Virus record (IMG/VR): IMGVR_UViG_3300028388_001285
Location: 17,998 to 81,997 of that record
Length of the DNA stretch: 64,000 bases
Strand: one strand, 5' to 3'
Source of the DNA: a virus
Shown: one piece after another, positions 49,101-60,615 of the stretch
Layout: each line of letters starts with the position of its first letter
Numbering within the stretch: the first letter of the stretch is position 1
The notes under the pieces: model-generated
The model's database searches: none
Seen by the model: only the letters and a program-made list of their open reading frames with translations
Told to the model about the DNA's origin: nothing
Translations under genes and position numbers: made by a program

Positions 49101-52100
49101 GCTAGATTACGTGCGAGAATTAGCAAGGACTTACGCAAGGTAAGAGAACTACGCATTAAATACCACAAGAATGTTATCACTGAGCACATGCTTAAGATCA
49201 TGACTGATCCTAAGAACCGCAAGCGGATGCTCACACCTATATCTACTGAGGAGTTTGGCAACACGCTGGATGAGTTAGGATTAGGTGGTAAGGAACACCT
49301 TGACTTGAACCTGTACACAGATAAGAGCAAGGCATTTAACTTAGTACGAGATGGTCAACAACTAGTTGGTATCTTTGCCAACAACATCAAGTCTCTAGCT
49401 TACATGGTTAGAGCTGGAAGTACTGTTGATAGACCGGTTACTAAAGAGAAGACTCACTTTGATTACACTACTATAGACGGTGTTACACGTACCTTTGATA
49501 GAATTAGAGAGTACGATGTAACTGACCCAACTAAGCAGATGTGGCAGAGGTTAGATGCTATGGTTAATGCGGCGATAGATAACATCAAAGAACTTAAACT
49601 GCCTAGAGCTAGTATCAATGTAGAGAATGGTAATACTTTCAGTGCCTTACTCGGATTAGGTATGCCTATACGAGACGCTGTGATGCTGTTCAATCAGCCA
49701 GTGACGCTGGAACTGAATAAAGCTAAATACTCTGACCCAGTTATGGCTAGGAGTGTACTGGCTAAAGCCATAGCTCTAGAGAAGAAGTCTAGAGGCATAG
49801 AGGAAGCTGAACCTATTACTCCAAGTGCTGACATCTTAGAGAATTATCTAAGTGAAGATCTTGATATTGAGGGTATGTCTAATGAGGAGCTTCTGCAACA
49901 GGAGGCTATACTAGACATATTCAAAAAGGCTAGCATGTTAGGGGAGAACTTACGAGGTATGTCCTCATTCTTATCTATAGTACGACAGTATCCTGTTGAC
50001 GCAGCTGGAATTGACGCTGTAACGGATGACTTCAACGAGATATTTGGAGAGTACGAGGACGCTAAAGCACCTATAGATATACGAGGTGGATTCTATTATG
50101 ACATCCCCAACTTCTTCAAGGTCAACCCACACATTGCTGCTACATATGAGGGGTACTTGATGATACGTAAGTACATGGACACACAGTTTGCAGTACACTC
50201 ACAGGAGTTCAGGGACTTCGCTAAGGACATGAAGAATCTTAAGATAAAACTTAACCGAGGTTGGGAAGATAGTTCTAGTGCAGCTAACAAAGCATTGATT
50301 CGTGAAGAGTTAGTCAAGTACTTGATGGCAGATATACTGGTAGACAAAGTAGTTGATACTGAACCTTTCTTAATATTCGGATTCAAGGATAGAGCTAGGA
50401 CTCTGTTTGGTTCGAGTGCATTCTCACATAGGTTTGTGAAGAAGGTACAGGCAGCCAAGAAAGCAGATTACCTTAGGGCTAGAAAGGATTCAAGCTATAA
50501 GCCTAATTCATTCCTATTCCACCTCAGTGTAGACAGAAACTTCTGGACAGGTATGCTGAGCCTTAGGTTCTCTAAAGGATCTAACTTAACTATAGATGAG
50601 GTAGAGGAGCTGGAGCAAGACTTCATTTCATTAAAGAACTTACTCTTCGAAGAGGGGAAACGTAATTACTCTGCTGAGTATACCAATGATCTCTCACTGA
50701 TACCTCAAGGGTACTCAGAGTTTCAATTAGAGTTTGTAGATTATGCAGTCCTGAATTATGGACTTGGATATTCCTCAGCTAACTACTCTAACATACTGCC
50801 TACGTCTATCTATAAAGAATTAGATGCCGACATAAAGCAAAGGTTAGAACATTTCCGTAGGAGTGAAGACTTACGGGCAGATATAAAGGAACACTTCGAG
50901 GTGTCACTAGCTACTATGTATGCGGATAAGTTACCGTATGTACCTAGTAGAATTAAGGCTTCTAAACAAGGGGTCACACAGTTTACAAACAAAGAAGGTG
51001 TGTCTGAATCAGAGCCATTATACTCTGGTAAGAAGATTATAGATGGTAACCCAGTACATTTTGACAGGTTATATGAGAAGGTCAGTAAAGACGATGCCTC
51101 ATACATGTCATCTTATATCAAGTCTGGTATGGGAGACAGAGCCGAGGCGTTCATAAAAGTATATACTAGTGAGGACGGACACTCACATGCGTATCAAAGA
51201 ACTGGTGTCATGCTGGATAAATCCTATGAGGTGTATGAAAGTATTGATGAGCCTTATCTGATAATGGATTACTTCTCACCTAGACAACGTACTATTAAGG
51301 TACAGGACATCAACGAAGATAAGATAGATACACACCACAACATGGCTGGTTATGAAGGTGAAGAGATTCACTTGGTAACTAACTCTGATGTGACTAGAGT
51401 CAATCGTAGAACTGTAGTGGTACAGAAAGCTACCCAACACAAGGGTGGTGGTACTACATTAGAAGTAACTACTGCTTTACCTGATCCATTCGTTGAGTCA
51501 GAGACAGACTTAGATGCGTTTGATATGGAGATACCACACACTGAGGAGTCTGGACCGGGCATTCCTGATGCATTTACTGCTAATCGTAATGAAACTTTAC
51601 GTGCAGATATAGAAGCGTGGAGTGCTGCTGCTAGATTAAATGAGACCGAAGAACGGTACGAGATATCTGGTAACAACTACGGACGTGTAAGTAATGTGCT
51701 TAATGCTTTCAGAGATATAGAACCTGGAGCTAAGTGGTTCGAGAAGCAAGCTCAAAACAGATTTAAAGGTTACCCAGAAGGTACTAAGCTTCACACTGAG
51801 GAAGGTACCATGACTGAGGAGGAATACTTAGAGGCTCTGAAAGTGAAGGATGTCAAAGGTAGAACACGCGGTAAGATCATCCACAATATCATACAGACAT
51901 TCATCAAAGAGTTTTACAATGAAGATGCAACTGAGTTGTATGCAGAAAGGGCTAGACTATTAAATGAAGGTAACTACCAACCTTGGGAGTTCAACTGGCT
52001 AATTAAATTAGTACCGTCTATTATAAAACGGTCTGGTATTAATGTCTTTGATAAGATATTAGCGGAAGAGAACCGCGATCATGTCATGTCGGAGGTAGTT

Positions 52101-55100
52101 GTTGCTAGTGACATATTAGATATAGCGGGTACTATTGACATGTTAATACAGCATGGTGATGGGACTTATTCTATCGTAGACTTCAAGACTGGTATTGCAT
52201 TTGGGGCTGAGTCACCGCATAAACTCAAGTATTACAATGGTATCAACAGTGACATCCATACCTCACCTAGAGACATGGCTAAGTTACAGATAGCGTTGTA
52301 TGCATTCATTATGAAGGCACAGCATCCAGAGATCAAGTTTAGAAACCTAGAGGTGAGTTGGATACCTTCAGCTAACTTCAGCACAATGGTAGATCACAAA
52401 CGCCATGTGGATATGGAAGATTACTTACATATTATTAAGCAATGGTTACAGCGTGATCCTAAGATGGCTGAGACATGGGTTAAGATACAGAACTTAGATC
52501 ATTTCAAACAGTTGTTTGACCCGACTACATACAATGCTAGTTATTCTAAATCTATATCGGAGGACTTGAGTGAAGATGGTAAGACTCCAGAGCAGTTGAT
52601 CCAAATAAAAACTCAGAGACTTAAAGAGTTGACCTTATACAAGGTAGATGAGGAAACACCGGACGATGATGTGGCTAGAGCTAAGAAGGTAGAAGCCATT
52701 AAATTAGTACAGGAATTGGTGGAACTAAAAGGTGACAAGAACACCAACTATGATGGCTGGAAGGCTGACATAGGAGAGTTAAGTACTTACCTTGGTAACA
52801 TCAATGACATCAATCACCCGTACATTAGATTATACGGTACTGAGTTTGAGAAGGCCAAGCAACGTGCAGACAAGAGATTTGACACGTACTACAAAGGGTT
52901 CCTCGCTAGGATGCGACCTGTATATAAGTCGTACCAGAAGCGTAAAAAAATACCTACTCCTTGGGAGAAGTTACCTTTCATAAAGGGTAGCCTCAACCTC
53001 AACAAGTACACTGATATATTTGAGCCAGCGTTAAAGCAGAAGAAGCAAGGGGACGTAAGTATACCTAGCTTCAACAACACTGACGCTGACTGGTCTGCTG
53101 CACAAACTAAGTACAGACTTTCAGACAAGGAGATCAGTGAGTACAAAGCACTCGTCAAGTACTTGCAGGACTCATACGAGGGTTTCTTTGTGGACAGTAA
53201 GTCGAAGTATGGTACGGCAGTATGGAACCAAGTAGCTACAACACGTAAGATAAAGGGTGTAGAAGAGTTTGTCACTAATGGTGAACTGTTCAATGGCATG
53301 AAAGGGGGCGACAAGTTCAGTGTGAATGCCCGTACAAGCCCATTTAAGTACTCTAGAGAGACGTTCATGCCTATGATATACCGATCAGCTTGGGAGATTG
53401 TAGAAAAGGAAGGAGCGGCCTCTAAAGAGCACAGAGATCACCTCTACCATAAGTACTTGAAGATGTTCTACGAGGACACATTCGACCAATGGTATAACTC
53501 AGAAGAGGCGTTGCCGTTGAAGTATCTACCAAATGATTACGTACTGGCTAGTGGAAACTACTCTATAAATCTTGAACAGCAGTTTGATCTATTCATGCGG
53601 TCTATGATATACAAGGAAGAACTTGACGATGTGTATGCATTCGGTAAGGGACTCCAGTATTTATTTGACCCGCAAATAGAGGATTCAAAAGCATGGAAGA
53701 GAGCTAAGCACTTTATGAAACTTAACATAGAGATGCAGCTTAAGGGTAGAAGGCAGAAGGATATACAGCTGTTCGGTAGGAGACGTAAGGACATCATCAA
53801 GATGGGTAGAACATTCAAGCAAGGAGCAGCCGCGCCTATTATGTGGTTGAAACCTATTACAGGTACAGTGAACGGTATCTTTGCATTTATGGTTAATATA
53901 AAGGAGGCCATGAAGGGCTCAATTATAAAGGATGCAGCTAAACTATTTCCAGGCTTGAAATTAAATACCGATATTGCAGACTTCACCGTGTCCGATCTAG
54001 CGTGGTCCATCAAAGAGTATTTCAAGATGCAGTTCGCGGCGGCCACTGGTGGTTTGAAGCGTAATAAGATGTTCTTAATGGCTAAGAAGCTACAGTATCT
54101 CCCCGACAACTATAAGTGGGCGAGTGATTCGTCACACCTGTTGACTACGAAGAACAAATTCTTCTCACAGCGGACATTATATATGTTCCACACGATACCA
54201 GAGGAAGCAGTAGCATTCATGGTCATGGGAGCACAGCTTAGGAACATGAAAGTGAGTAAGGATCATAAAACACACGCGGGTACATCTCTTTGGAATATGT
54301 ACGACGTTGTGAAGAAAGCTAATGACGATGGAACCGAATATCACGATGTACAGTGGAAACGTCATAAAGACGGTCCAGATAAAGGTAGACCAGTTGTTAG
54401 AGGCAAGATAAATTTAAGTAAAGACGAAGCAAAAGAAAGATGGGAAGATGTGACTGAACTCAGTTCTTTGGAAGCCCAACGTCTAAAGTACGTTTACCAG
54501 AGAATGCATGGTGGGTACAGGGAAGACGAAAGAATAACGTTAGAGTACTATCTATTAGGGGAATTATTTATACAGTATCGGAAGTTTCTGCCTACAATCC
54601 TGAAGAATGGTATGATGTCAAAAGGTAAGCTGGATAGTCTAGGCCACTATGTTACCACTGGTAAGAAGGATGGCGTAGAGACTATGGAGTGGACAGCAGA
54701 AGTAATGGAAGGTAGATGGCTAGTAGTAACTAAGATGTTACTAGCAGCACTAGGTATAAAAGGTAAGTTCGATAATCCTTCGAACGCATATCAGAGGGTA
54801 ATGAATCGTGTGCTACCTCATAAGAGGGAAGATTACATGTGGAGAAATCTGGAACCTAGACAGAAAGAAGCTATGATTGACTTTGCAGTCACTATGGCTA
54901 CATGAGGTGCTATCTTTGCAGGTTACTACGCTATGTTTGGGATGCAGGGAGACGATGATCCAATACGTAAGTTGTATGCACGTATTATGAATGACTACTC
55001 ACAGCAGTATAATGTGTGGGAGATCAGTAAGAATATGATGAACAACTTATCACCTGTATCATTCAGGAAAGGATACAAAGCTATGGATGCTACATCAACA

Positions 55101-55295
55101 TTGTTAATGTCAGTGATAATGGCTGAAGTATTTAATGACCCCGATGCACTAACAGCGTTAGGTAATTATAGAGGAATAGCTGAAACGCAGAGGTCAATAC
55201 CTTTGATCTCTTCTTACAGAGACTTAGAAGTTTTCCTAAGAAAGACGGAAGACTCTACGCTTCAGGATTACTTACTCTTCAGAGGTTTCAACTAG
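37194..55295 (+). CDS. Giant virion RNA polymerase polyprotein (~6033 aa; TGA=Trp at 37407, 37653, 38481, 54903)
   Basis: Single frame to TAG 55293. SF1 helicase-like P-loop GFPGSGKT (40854) with IIDEA and ILGDPAQ; zincin HELIH (44358); two-barrel RNAP motifs DAQGF (47652), RIPST and GSDFDVD (DFDVD at 48834); PD-(D/E)xK IAGTIDML...IVDFKTG (~52120-52195). Confidence 0.92.
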
Positions 55296-55907
55296 GTTTG
55301 TAATAAGATCCCAGCACCCGGATGATTTACGAAAGAGTACACCAAGTGGTGTCCAATTTTGAAAGTCATTGTATTCAGAACTGTTTGATGGTCCTAATAC
55401 ACCGGCTTTAAAACTAGAATACTTTATAAGTACAAATTCGTATTGCAGTGGATGAATTGTACCAGGTTTATACATCAGAACTTTACCTTGTTTGATGGTT
55501 CTCTTATCTAAATTTAATAGATATTGAAATCCTTGGGCAAGTTTGACATTATTGATTTGGTCCATTACTTCGGGCAGGTACTTATACATAACTTTAAACT
55601 TGTCGTTCTTCATAACAACAGGATTTAAAGTTGCTTTGCGCAATGGTAACACAAACCAATCACCTTTTCGTATCCAATTGTGTACAATATTCCGAGTACC
55701 GTTTAGATTACTCCAGGTAATACAGAAGACACCTTCTTCTTGCATATCGTTAGTAGATACATCATCTACAAACTGAAAGTCAGGATGTTCTAATATATCG
55801 GAAGGTCTAAAAAATTGCACCGCTATTACTGCGTTATAATTATTCAGTTTTGGTACATACTTGTAACTTCTAACGAAGTTTGGGTTGTTGTTTGGAAGAT
55901 ATTCCAT
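55272..55907 (-). CDS. Hypothetical protein
   Basis: 211-aa ORF with an AT-rich leader; its stop overlaps the 3' end of the vRNAP gene convergently. Confidence 0.6.
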   Translation of the reverse strand: MEYLPNNNPNFVRSYKYVPKLNNYNAVIAVQFFRPSDILEHPDFQFVDDVSTNDMQEEGVFCITWSNLNGTRNIVHNWIRKGDWFVLPLRKATLNPVVMKNDKFKVMYKYLPEVMDQINNVKLAQGFQYLLNLDKRTIKQGKVLMYKPGTIHPLQYEFVLIKYSSFKAGVLGPSNSSEYNDFQNWTPLGVLFRKSSGCWDLITNLVETSEE

Positions 55908-55935
55908 CTTAATAATTTAAAGTTAAAAAATACGT

Positions 55936-55961
55936 GGAGCCGATTACGGCTCCCCTTTTTT
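55936..55961 (+). terminator. Intrinsic terminator-like hairpin, possibly bidirectional
   Basis: ggagccg-atta-cggctcc followed by a T-run; A-run upstream. Confidence 0.6.
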
Positions 55962-55963
55962 GT

Positions 55964-56098
55964 TTAGGTACCTCGTCTTCGTCCGGGACCTATCTTACCT
56001 TTCTTCAATCTTCGTAAGGAGATACGTCTGAACAGACTGAGGTCTTTTGCGTGCTTTCTTACACGCTTGATCAAATTTGACGTTTTTACCTTTTTCAT
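55964..56098 (-). CDS. Small, very basic peptide (44 aa)
   Basis: MKKVKTSNLIKRVRKHAKDLSLFRRISLRRLKKGKIGPGRRRGT-TAA, lying between two hairpins. Confidence 0.5.
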   Translation of the reverse strand: MKKVKTSNLIKRVRKHAKDLSLFRRISLRRLKKGKIGPGRRRGT

Positions 56099-56127
56099 AG
56101 GGTAAAAGTTTTAAAGGTTAAATAATA

Positions 56128-56161
56128 GGGAGAGAACTGTAATGGTTCCCTCCCTTTTTTT
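56128..56161 (+). terminator. Intrinsic terminator-like hairpin
   Basis: gggagagaac-tgtaatg-gttccctccc followed by a T-run. Confidence 0.6.
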
Positions 56162-56194
56162 GTTGGGAATTTCCTCGGACTATACTTCCTTGAT

Positions 56195-56779
56195 CTATTT
56201 TCCTTTCTTCAAGGTGACCCCGAATCCGAAACCTTGCTTTGGACTTGCTGCAAATAGAGTGGCAATTATGTACCTATCGTACTCCTTTTTTCCAATCTTG
56301 ACATAGGGTATATTGATTATAGCCTTGTCTGATTGGATAATGGATTCTTGCAGATAACGTAATCTAACAGCCAGAATCACCTTTTCTCGTGCTTTCATAT
56401 TGTCAGCTATTTTCAAGCAGTTAGTCAACACTTTTCGGTAAGCTTCGGATTTGTCTCTGTAGCCGTAACGTTTCAACAGCCATTTTATCCGTTCTTCCAA
56501 TGTAGTAAGTGGTTCTGGTTCTACTACTGTTGATTGCTTTACCAAAGGTAGTCTAGTTTCAAGTTTCGAAGGCTTACAATAGTCACGCCAGCCCCTGGTG
56601 TGAGATAAAAGCTTATGTACCTTCTCGTGGATGTGAAACATCCAGAAAAAGGTAAGTACAAAGCCTACAATACACACAATGATCCAGTTTGACTCGCCAG
56701 TACAGGTGTTACCCATATACTTTGCTGTCACAAGAAGTGTGTCTAGATTCTCAATAGAATCTCCAAATAGATTTCCCAT
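56195..56779 (-). CDS. Hypothetical membrane-anchored protein
   Basis: One hydrophobic helix (WIIVCIVGFVLTFFWMF); basic C-terminal part. Confidence 0.6.
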   Translation of the reverse strand: MGNLFGDSIENLDTLLVTAKYMGNTCTGESNWIIVCIVGFVLTFFWMFHIHEKVHKLLSHTRGWRDYCKPSKLETRLPLVKQSTVVEPEPLTTLEERIKWLLKRYGYRDKSEAYRKVLTNCLKIADNMKAREKVILAVRLRYLQESIIQSDKAIINIPYVKIGKKEYDRYIIATLFAASPKQGFGFGVTLKKGK

Positions 56780-56806
56780 AAATATGAATTAAAAGATTAA
56801 AAAATC

Positions 56807-57091
56807 TTAGAAATATGGCTCCTGTTCGTCTCAGTAATCATCGTCTTCATGGTAATAAAACTCAGGATCTTGGGACTCTTCCATGAATTCACACCAATCA
56901 GTGATCTTTAGGTATTTGTTATTTCCTCCAAATTCAAACCCTCAAGCCCTGTAGAATTCATGTGGTGTCATTTTCTCTATATCAGAAAATAAACTAAGTT
57001 CTGCAAGTTCCTGTAGCTGTTCTATATCCATATTCGAAACCATTTCTTCAGCTAACGTTGAAGTAGCTTCAAATTTAGTGTACTCTTTCAT
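56807..57091 (-). CDS. Acidic hypothetical protein (94 aa, two TGA=Trp; absent from the track)
   Basis: The ATG overlaps the upstream TAA (TAATG). Reads MKEYTKFEATSTLAEE...FYRA-W-GFE...DDDY-W-DEQEPYF-TAA, with TGAs at 56942-56944 and 56831-56833. Confidence 0.65.
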
Positions 57092-57393
57092 TATCCATAG
57101 TTTTTATTATGATTAGTTCCGCTAAAGAACCAAGGACGATCAAGTAAAGTGCGTACTAAAGAGGACGTACTATGTTTGATGTCTAATAAATGGCTTCGCA
57201 TCTTATACATATGTCCAGAGATATCCATCTCCATATAGATATTATCTAATCTAGACTCAATATTCCACCATGCAATACCAAAAATCATTGCAGCCCCCAA
57301 ATACATCAAAGATAGAATTAACACAAGATCCTTAACATTATCTTGTAATTGTTCTACCTGTTCAGGTATTAATTGTACGTAAATTGTATCCAT
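57091..57393 (-). CDS. Small membrane protein
   Basis: One TM helix (LVLILSLMYLGAAMIFGIAWW). Confidence 0.6.
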   Translation of the reverse strand: MDTIYVQLIPEQVEQLQDNVKDLVLILSLMYLGAAMIFGIAWWNIESRLDNIYMEMDISGHMYKMRSHLLDIKHSTSSLVRTLLDRPWFFSGTNHNKNYG

Positions 57394-57394
57394 A

Positions 57395-57685
57395 TTATTT
57401 AGTTGTTATAGTTGCTTCGATAAAATCTAACAATGTAGATATTTCATTCTTGACTTCTTGTAACTTATTAAATTCATCCTTAATAAGTTTGTCATAGTCC
57501 TTCCCAACTGCCTTAGAACATGGGTCTTTCGCAGGGGCTAATGCCTTGTCTGTTAAATCTGAACGAAGTCTACTGAGAATTCCCCGTAATCTAGAGTCTA
57601 AATTTAAACCTGTTCTCCGAGTCATTCCAGCGCTATATGCCAATTCAATTGCTCCTAATGCTTTGAGTATATTATTATTATTCAT
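57395..57685 (-). CDS. Hypothetical protein
   Basis: Part of a tightly packed operon-like run. Confidence 0.6.
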   Translation of the reverse strand: MNNNNILKALGAIELAYSAGMTRRTGLNLDSRLRGILSRLRSDLTDKALAPAKDPCSKAVGKDYDKLIKDEFNKLQEVKNEISTLLDFIEATITTK

Positions 57686-57944
57686 TGTCGTTATTATATT
57701 TAGTAGTTAATAATTTGCCCGTAGGCGTTGTTAAGAAATAGTCATAATCCTCTGGAAATATCCACTGTATAAATGGAAGTATCCTAGAATTATTATGAAA
57801 GGGGTCCAGTCCGGACCCCCTTATTTTATCTGCTCTAGTAGGAGCTAGTTCATACAATGTATTAAACATTGCTTGCCCTAATCTCCACTGCTTATGCTTA
57901 AGTAAATTTAATATTACCTCAGCAAGAAATATTCTAAAGTGCAT
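57678..57944 (-). CDS. Hypothetical phage protein
   Basis: WRLGQAMFNTL...DPFH pattern of small phage proteins. Confidence 0.65.
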   Translation of the reverse strand: MHFRIFLAEVILNLLKHKQWRLGQAMFNTLYELAPTRADKIRGSGLDPFHNNSRILPFIQWIFPEDYDYFLTTPTGKLLTTKYNNDNE

Positions 57945-57945
57945 G

Positions 57946-58179
57946 TTATGCTTTCTTTATCAATGCTGTCAACTCAATCAATTTCTTGGAAACTGCTTCA
58001 AGTTGATCCATAGCGAGTTTAAATGACTGTTCGGACGTTTCTTCTCCTCGGTGTACTTTTATAAAGTGCTCCTCTAATGCTCCTAAAGCATCTCGAACTA
58101 ATTGCTGGGCACTATTCATGCCATAACTTGAAAATTTTAACGTTGATATTGTACCAAGTATTTGTATTGTATTTGTCAT
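57946..58179 (-). CDS. Hypothetical protein
   Basis: 77-aa ORF downstream of a terminator. Confidence 0.55.
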   Translation of the reverse strand: MTNTIQILGTISTLKFSSYGMNSAQQLVRDALGALEEHFIKVHRGEETSEQSFKLAMDQLEAVSKKLIELTALIKKA

Positions 58180-58200
58180 GTCTTTTGATTTTGATGTAAT

Positions 58201-58233
58201 AAAAAAGCCTGACTCTCTTACGAAAGCCAGACT
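58201..58233 (-). terminator. Intrinsic terminator
   Basis: Minus strand reads agtctggctttc-gtaa-gagagtcaggct followed by TTTTTT. Confidence 0.75.
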
Positions 58234-58255
58234 TCTACCTTATTTGATTAACTAA

Positions 58256-58558
58256 TTATTTCTTGTCGAGAGTAATCTCTACCATGCCATCAGGGTATGA
58301 TAACTTGTAGTATTTGATTACTCCTTTTTTCATTTCAGCAGCCTGTTCATTAGGCTTGTCTAAAGATTTCAGGTACCTGACACCTAGTTCATTGATACCT
58401 AAAAATCTTAGTGCGTAACGTTTAATCCCACCAGATTTATTAATCCTCCGTATCAACCCCAAGTCTTGCTTAGAAAGATGTAGCATGTCTAACATCTCCG
58501 CTTTTGTTAAGGGTCGTCCACTGATTCTACGTCGTAGCCAATCATGTTCTTTGCCCAA
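58256..58558 (-). CDS. Hypothetical basic protein
   Basis: 100-aa ORF. Confidence 0.55.
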   Translation of the reverse strand: MGKEHDWLRRRISGRPLTKAEMLDMLHLSKQDLGLIRRINKSGGIKRYALRFLGINELGVRYLKSLDKPNEQAAEMKKGVIKYYKLSYPDGMVEITLDKK

Positions 58559-58583
58559 TATAATGGCAGCCCGATGGATCGCA

Positions 58584-59153
58584 CTAGATCCTGTGGGTTG
58601 TGGCTTTTTTCGGAATGAATTCTTTATCCCAGTTCAGAAGTTTACGAGTCTTTTTCTCATCATACATAAATATTTCATTATACTTCTCAGGCTTACTTCA
58701 TACTTCAGCTCCTGAAGGTAATGTTGTGTTTAATGTGTCTTCCCAGTACTCCTTTAATTCAGGATCTTTGGAAAGAATTTGATAGTTAGTTGAATTCTTA
58801 TCTCTAAAGTTTAGTCGTACATATTTCTTATCTATCTTTGAATACTTACCCTCTAAGAAAGGTTTAATTACTGTTACATAATCTTTCTTAGGTAATTCAA
58901 ATACTACCATGATATGTTCATCATATGGTTCATAGCAGTCCACAAATTGATCGTGGGCTTCCATCTTATCCATAATATTATCAGGTAGCTTTGCTAATTC
59001 GAACAATAAGAACATATGTTTACCTCATTCATCTAAGTTGCCTTCATTTCAGACTACATCTCCGATGAACGAAGTTACTAACCCATAGTCCAGAACATAA
59101 TCCAGATCTTTTAGTAATGGGAATAGAAAGGATAAGCTTTTTTGTATATACAT
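58584..59153 (-). CDS. Conserved hypothetical phage protein (~189 aa, three TGA=Trp)
   Basis: ATG 59153 abuts the upstream TAA. Reads MYIQKSLSFLFPLL...FLEGKYSKIDKKY...GAEV-W-SKP; TGAs at 59049, 59025 and 58698; ends at TAG 58584-58586. Confidence 0.7.
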
Positions 59154-60167
59154 TTATTCAAATAGGTCAAGTTCGATGTCCCCATGTTGTTCATATATAT
59201 TACGTGGGAACTCTCATTTATCTGTTTTAATATGCCACTTCAAATCATCTATTAGTTGATCAATGCCTTTAACTGTTGTTCTACCTCCTCTCAGTGTACC
59301 TCCGCTGAGCCCCGCTCTTATATCATTATCGGAACATGAATACACTATGGCAGGGGCAGGATTTGGTCTAGTTTCTACGACCAAAAACTTAAAGGGCTTC
59401 ATGGAAAAATTATTTGAAATAGCTTCACTAATAGCGCTTTCTTCATTAGTATATATTGGTAACAATTCTAACCCTTTTGTATAAAAAGCGGCTTGTCTGT
59501 AGTATCCAAATTGTTGAAAGCTCTTAGGAAATGAATATGCACTTTTACCTGTAGACTTTAAGTCTCATGGTTGGATAGATTGTTCATTGTAATCTATTGT
59601 AACTCCATCCATAAAACCTTTACATAACATGTCCTTGTATTCGAACTGAAGTTCTAGCTGGTAAAAATGTTTTACGTCTTTTGATTTAGTAAAGTACTTT
59701 CCAGTAAATGGAGAGTTCATTACTGCGGCAGCAGATTCAACAGCTATTTGATATTCATCTTGTGATAGTATATCCCTATCGTTCACTTCGCATTTTTCTT
59801 TGTAGAAGTTCTTAGCTGTATCGCTGCTCCAAAATATATTAATAACTCTTTTTAGGTTGATTTTATACCCAGCTATATTGTAAGCATCTCTGTACTTAGC
59901 AATTGCTGATGTGGCCGTTAGTCCACAAGGTAACGCTTCGGTAAATTTACCTAGCAATCCTTGAGGTCTTTCGGATTTAGTTACTACAAATAGATTATCC
60001 CACTGATCAGGAGTAGTTAAAATACAATCAATCGCACTACCAATTCTGAAGTATTTAGTATCTATTACTTCTTTATCTCCATCCATTCATTTACGTGCGA
60101 ATAATGGGTTATCTATTAATGTTGACAACAGGCTATTAGATATCCTGTATTTTAGGTAATCACTCAT
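59154..60167 (-). CDS. PD-(D/E)xK exonuclease (RecE/ExoVIII-like), ~337 aa, three TGA=Trp
   Basis: Motifs ISNSLLS, IGSAIDCILT, CKGFMDGV, IQP-W-DLKST, YYRQAAFY and FKFLVVE; TGAs at 60087, 59565 and 59214. Confidence 0.85.
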
Positions 60168-60574
60168 TCTTTTATTAGTTCTATGGTTCGTTTTATTTCG
60201 GTCTTATTACTTGGCATGAATAAATATCATTGTTTATCATTGTCGTTACACCATTTCTTAAATAGTTTTCATTTAAGCCTAGCTTGCGGTGTAAAAAATC
60301 CTTTAGTCTCTATCACTCAAGGCTCATCAATACCAACAAAGTCTGGTTTATATTTCACAGCACTCTGTTTTTTTCTTTGTGGCTTGTAAGTCTTGGTTTT
60401 AGAACCAATCTTTTCTCAGCTAGGTAACTCATATATAAATCCGTCGAGTAAGATTATTTCGAAGGGCTCATATTCAAACTTGAGCCCTTCTTCAGTTAAT
60501 AGATTATAACAATACCGTTCTAATTTAGAACGAAATCGTTCGACGGGTATATTTCCGTACTTATTTTCTTTCAT
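60152..60574 (-). CDS. T7 endonuclease I-like Holliday-junction resolvase (absent from the track)
   Basis: Motifs FRSKLE, FEYEP, YKPDF, VIETKG and LK-W-KLFK. Internal TGAs at 60416, 60317, 60269 and 60227, plus one at 60164 before TAA 60152-60154. Confidence 0.85.
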
Positions 60575-60615
60575 GCCTATAAAATAGGTAATTTAACCTC
60601 AAATTCCTAATAGAA

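Noticed and set aside
10232-55295. Split ORFs read as pseudogenes or sequencing errors
   Set aside because: Breaks are in-frame TGA in essential genes and at Trp-compatible positions; recoding explains them. The exception is the lesion near 6920.
4583-55295. TAG to Gln recoding as in other crAss-like phages
   Set aside because: TAG occurs at plausible gene ends (MCP, 8401..9762, 24450, vRNAP) and was not seen interrupting genes.
37194-55295. Inteins or introns in the vRNAP or terminase genes
   Set aside because: No intein-terminal (C...HN) or homing-endonuclease motifs noticed, and the frames are continuous.
3179-60418. TGA as selenocysteine or glycine
   Set aside because: The internal repeat GYGQIW versus GYGQL* and motifs such as LK*KLFK and EF*AKD indicate Trp; no consistent downstream SECIS-like hairpin was noticed.
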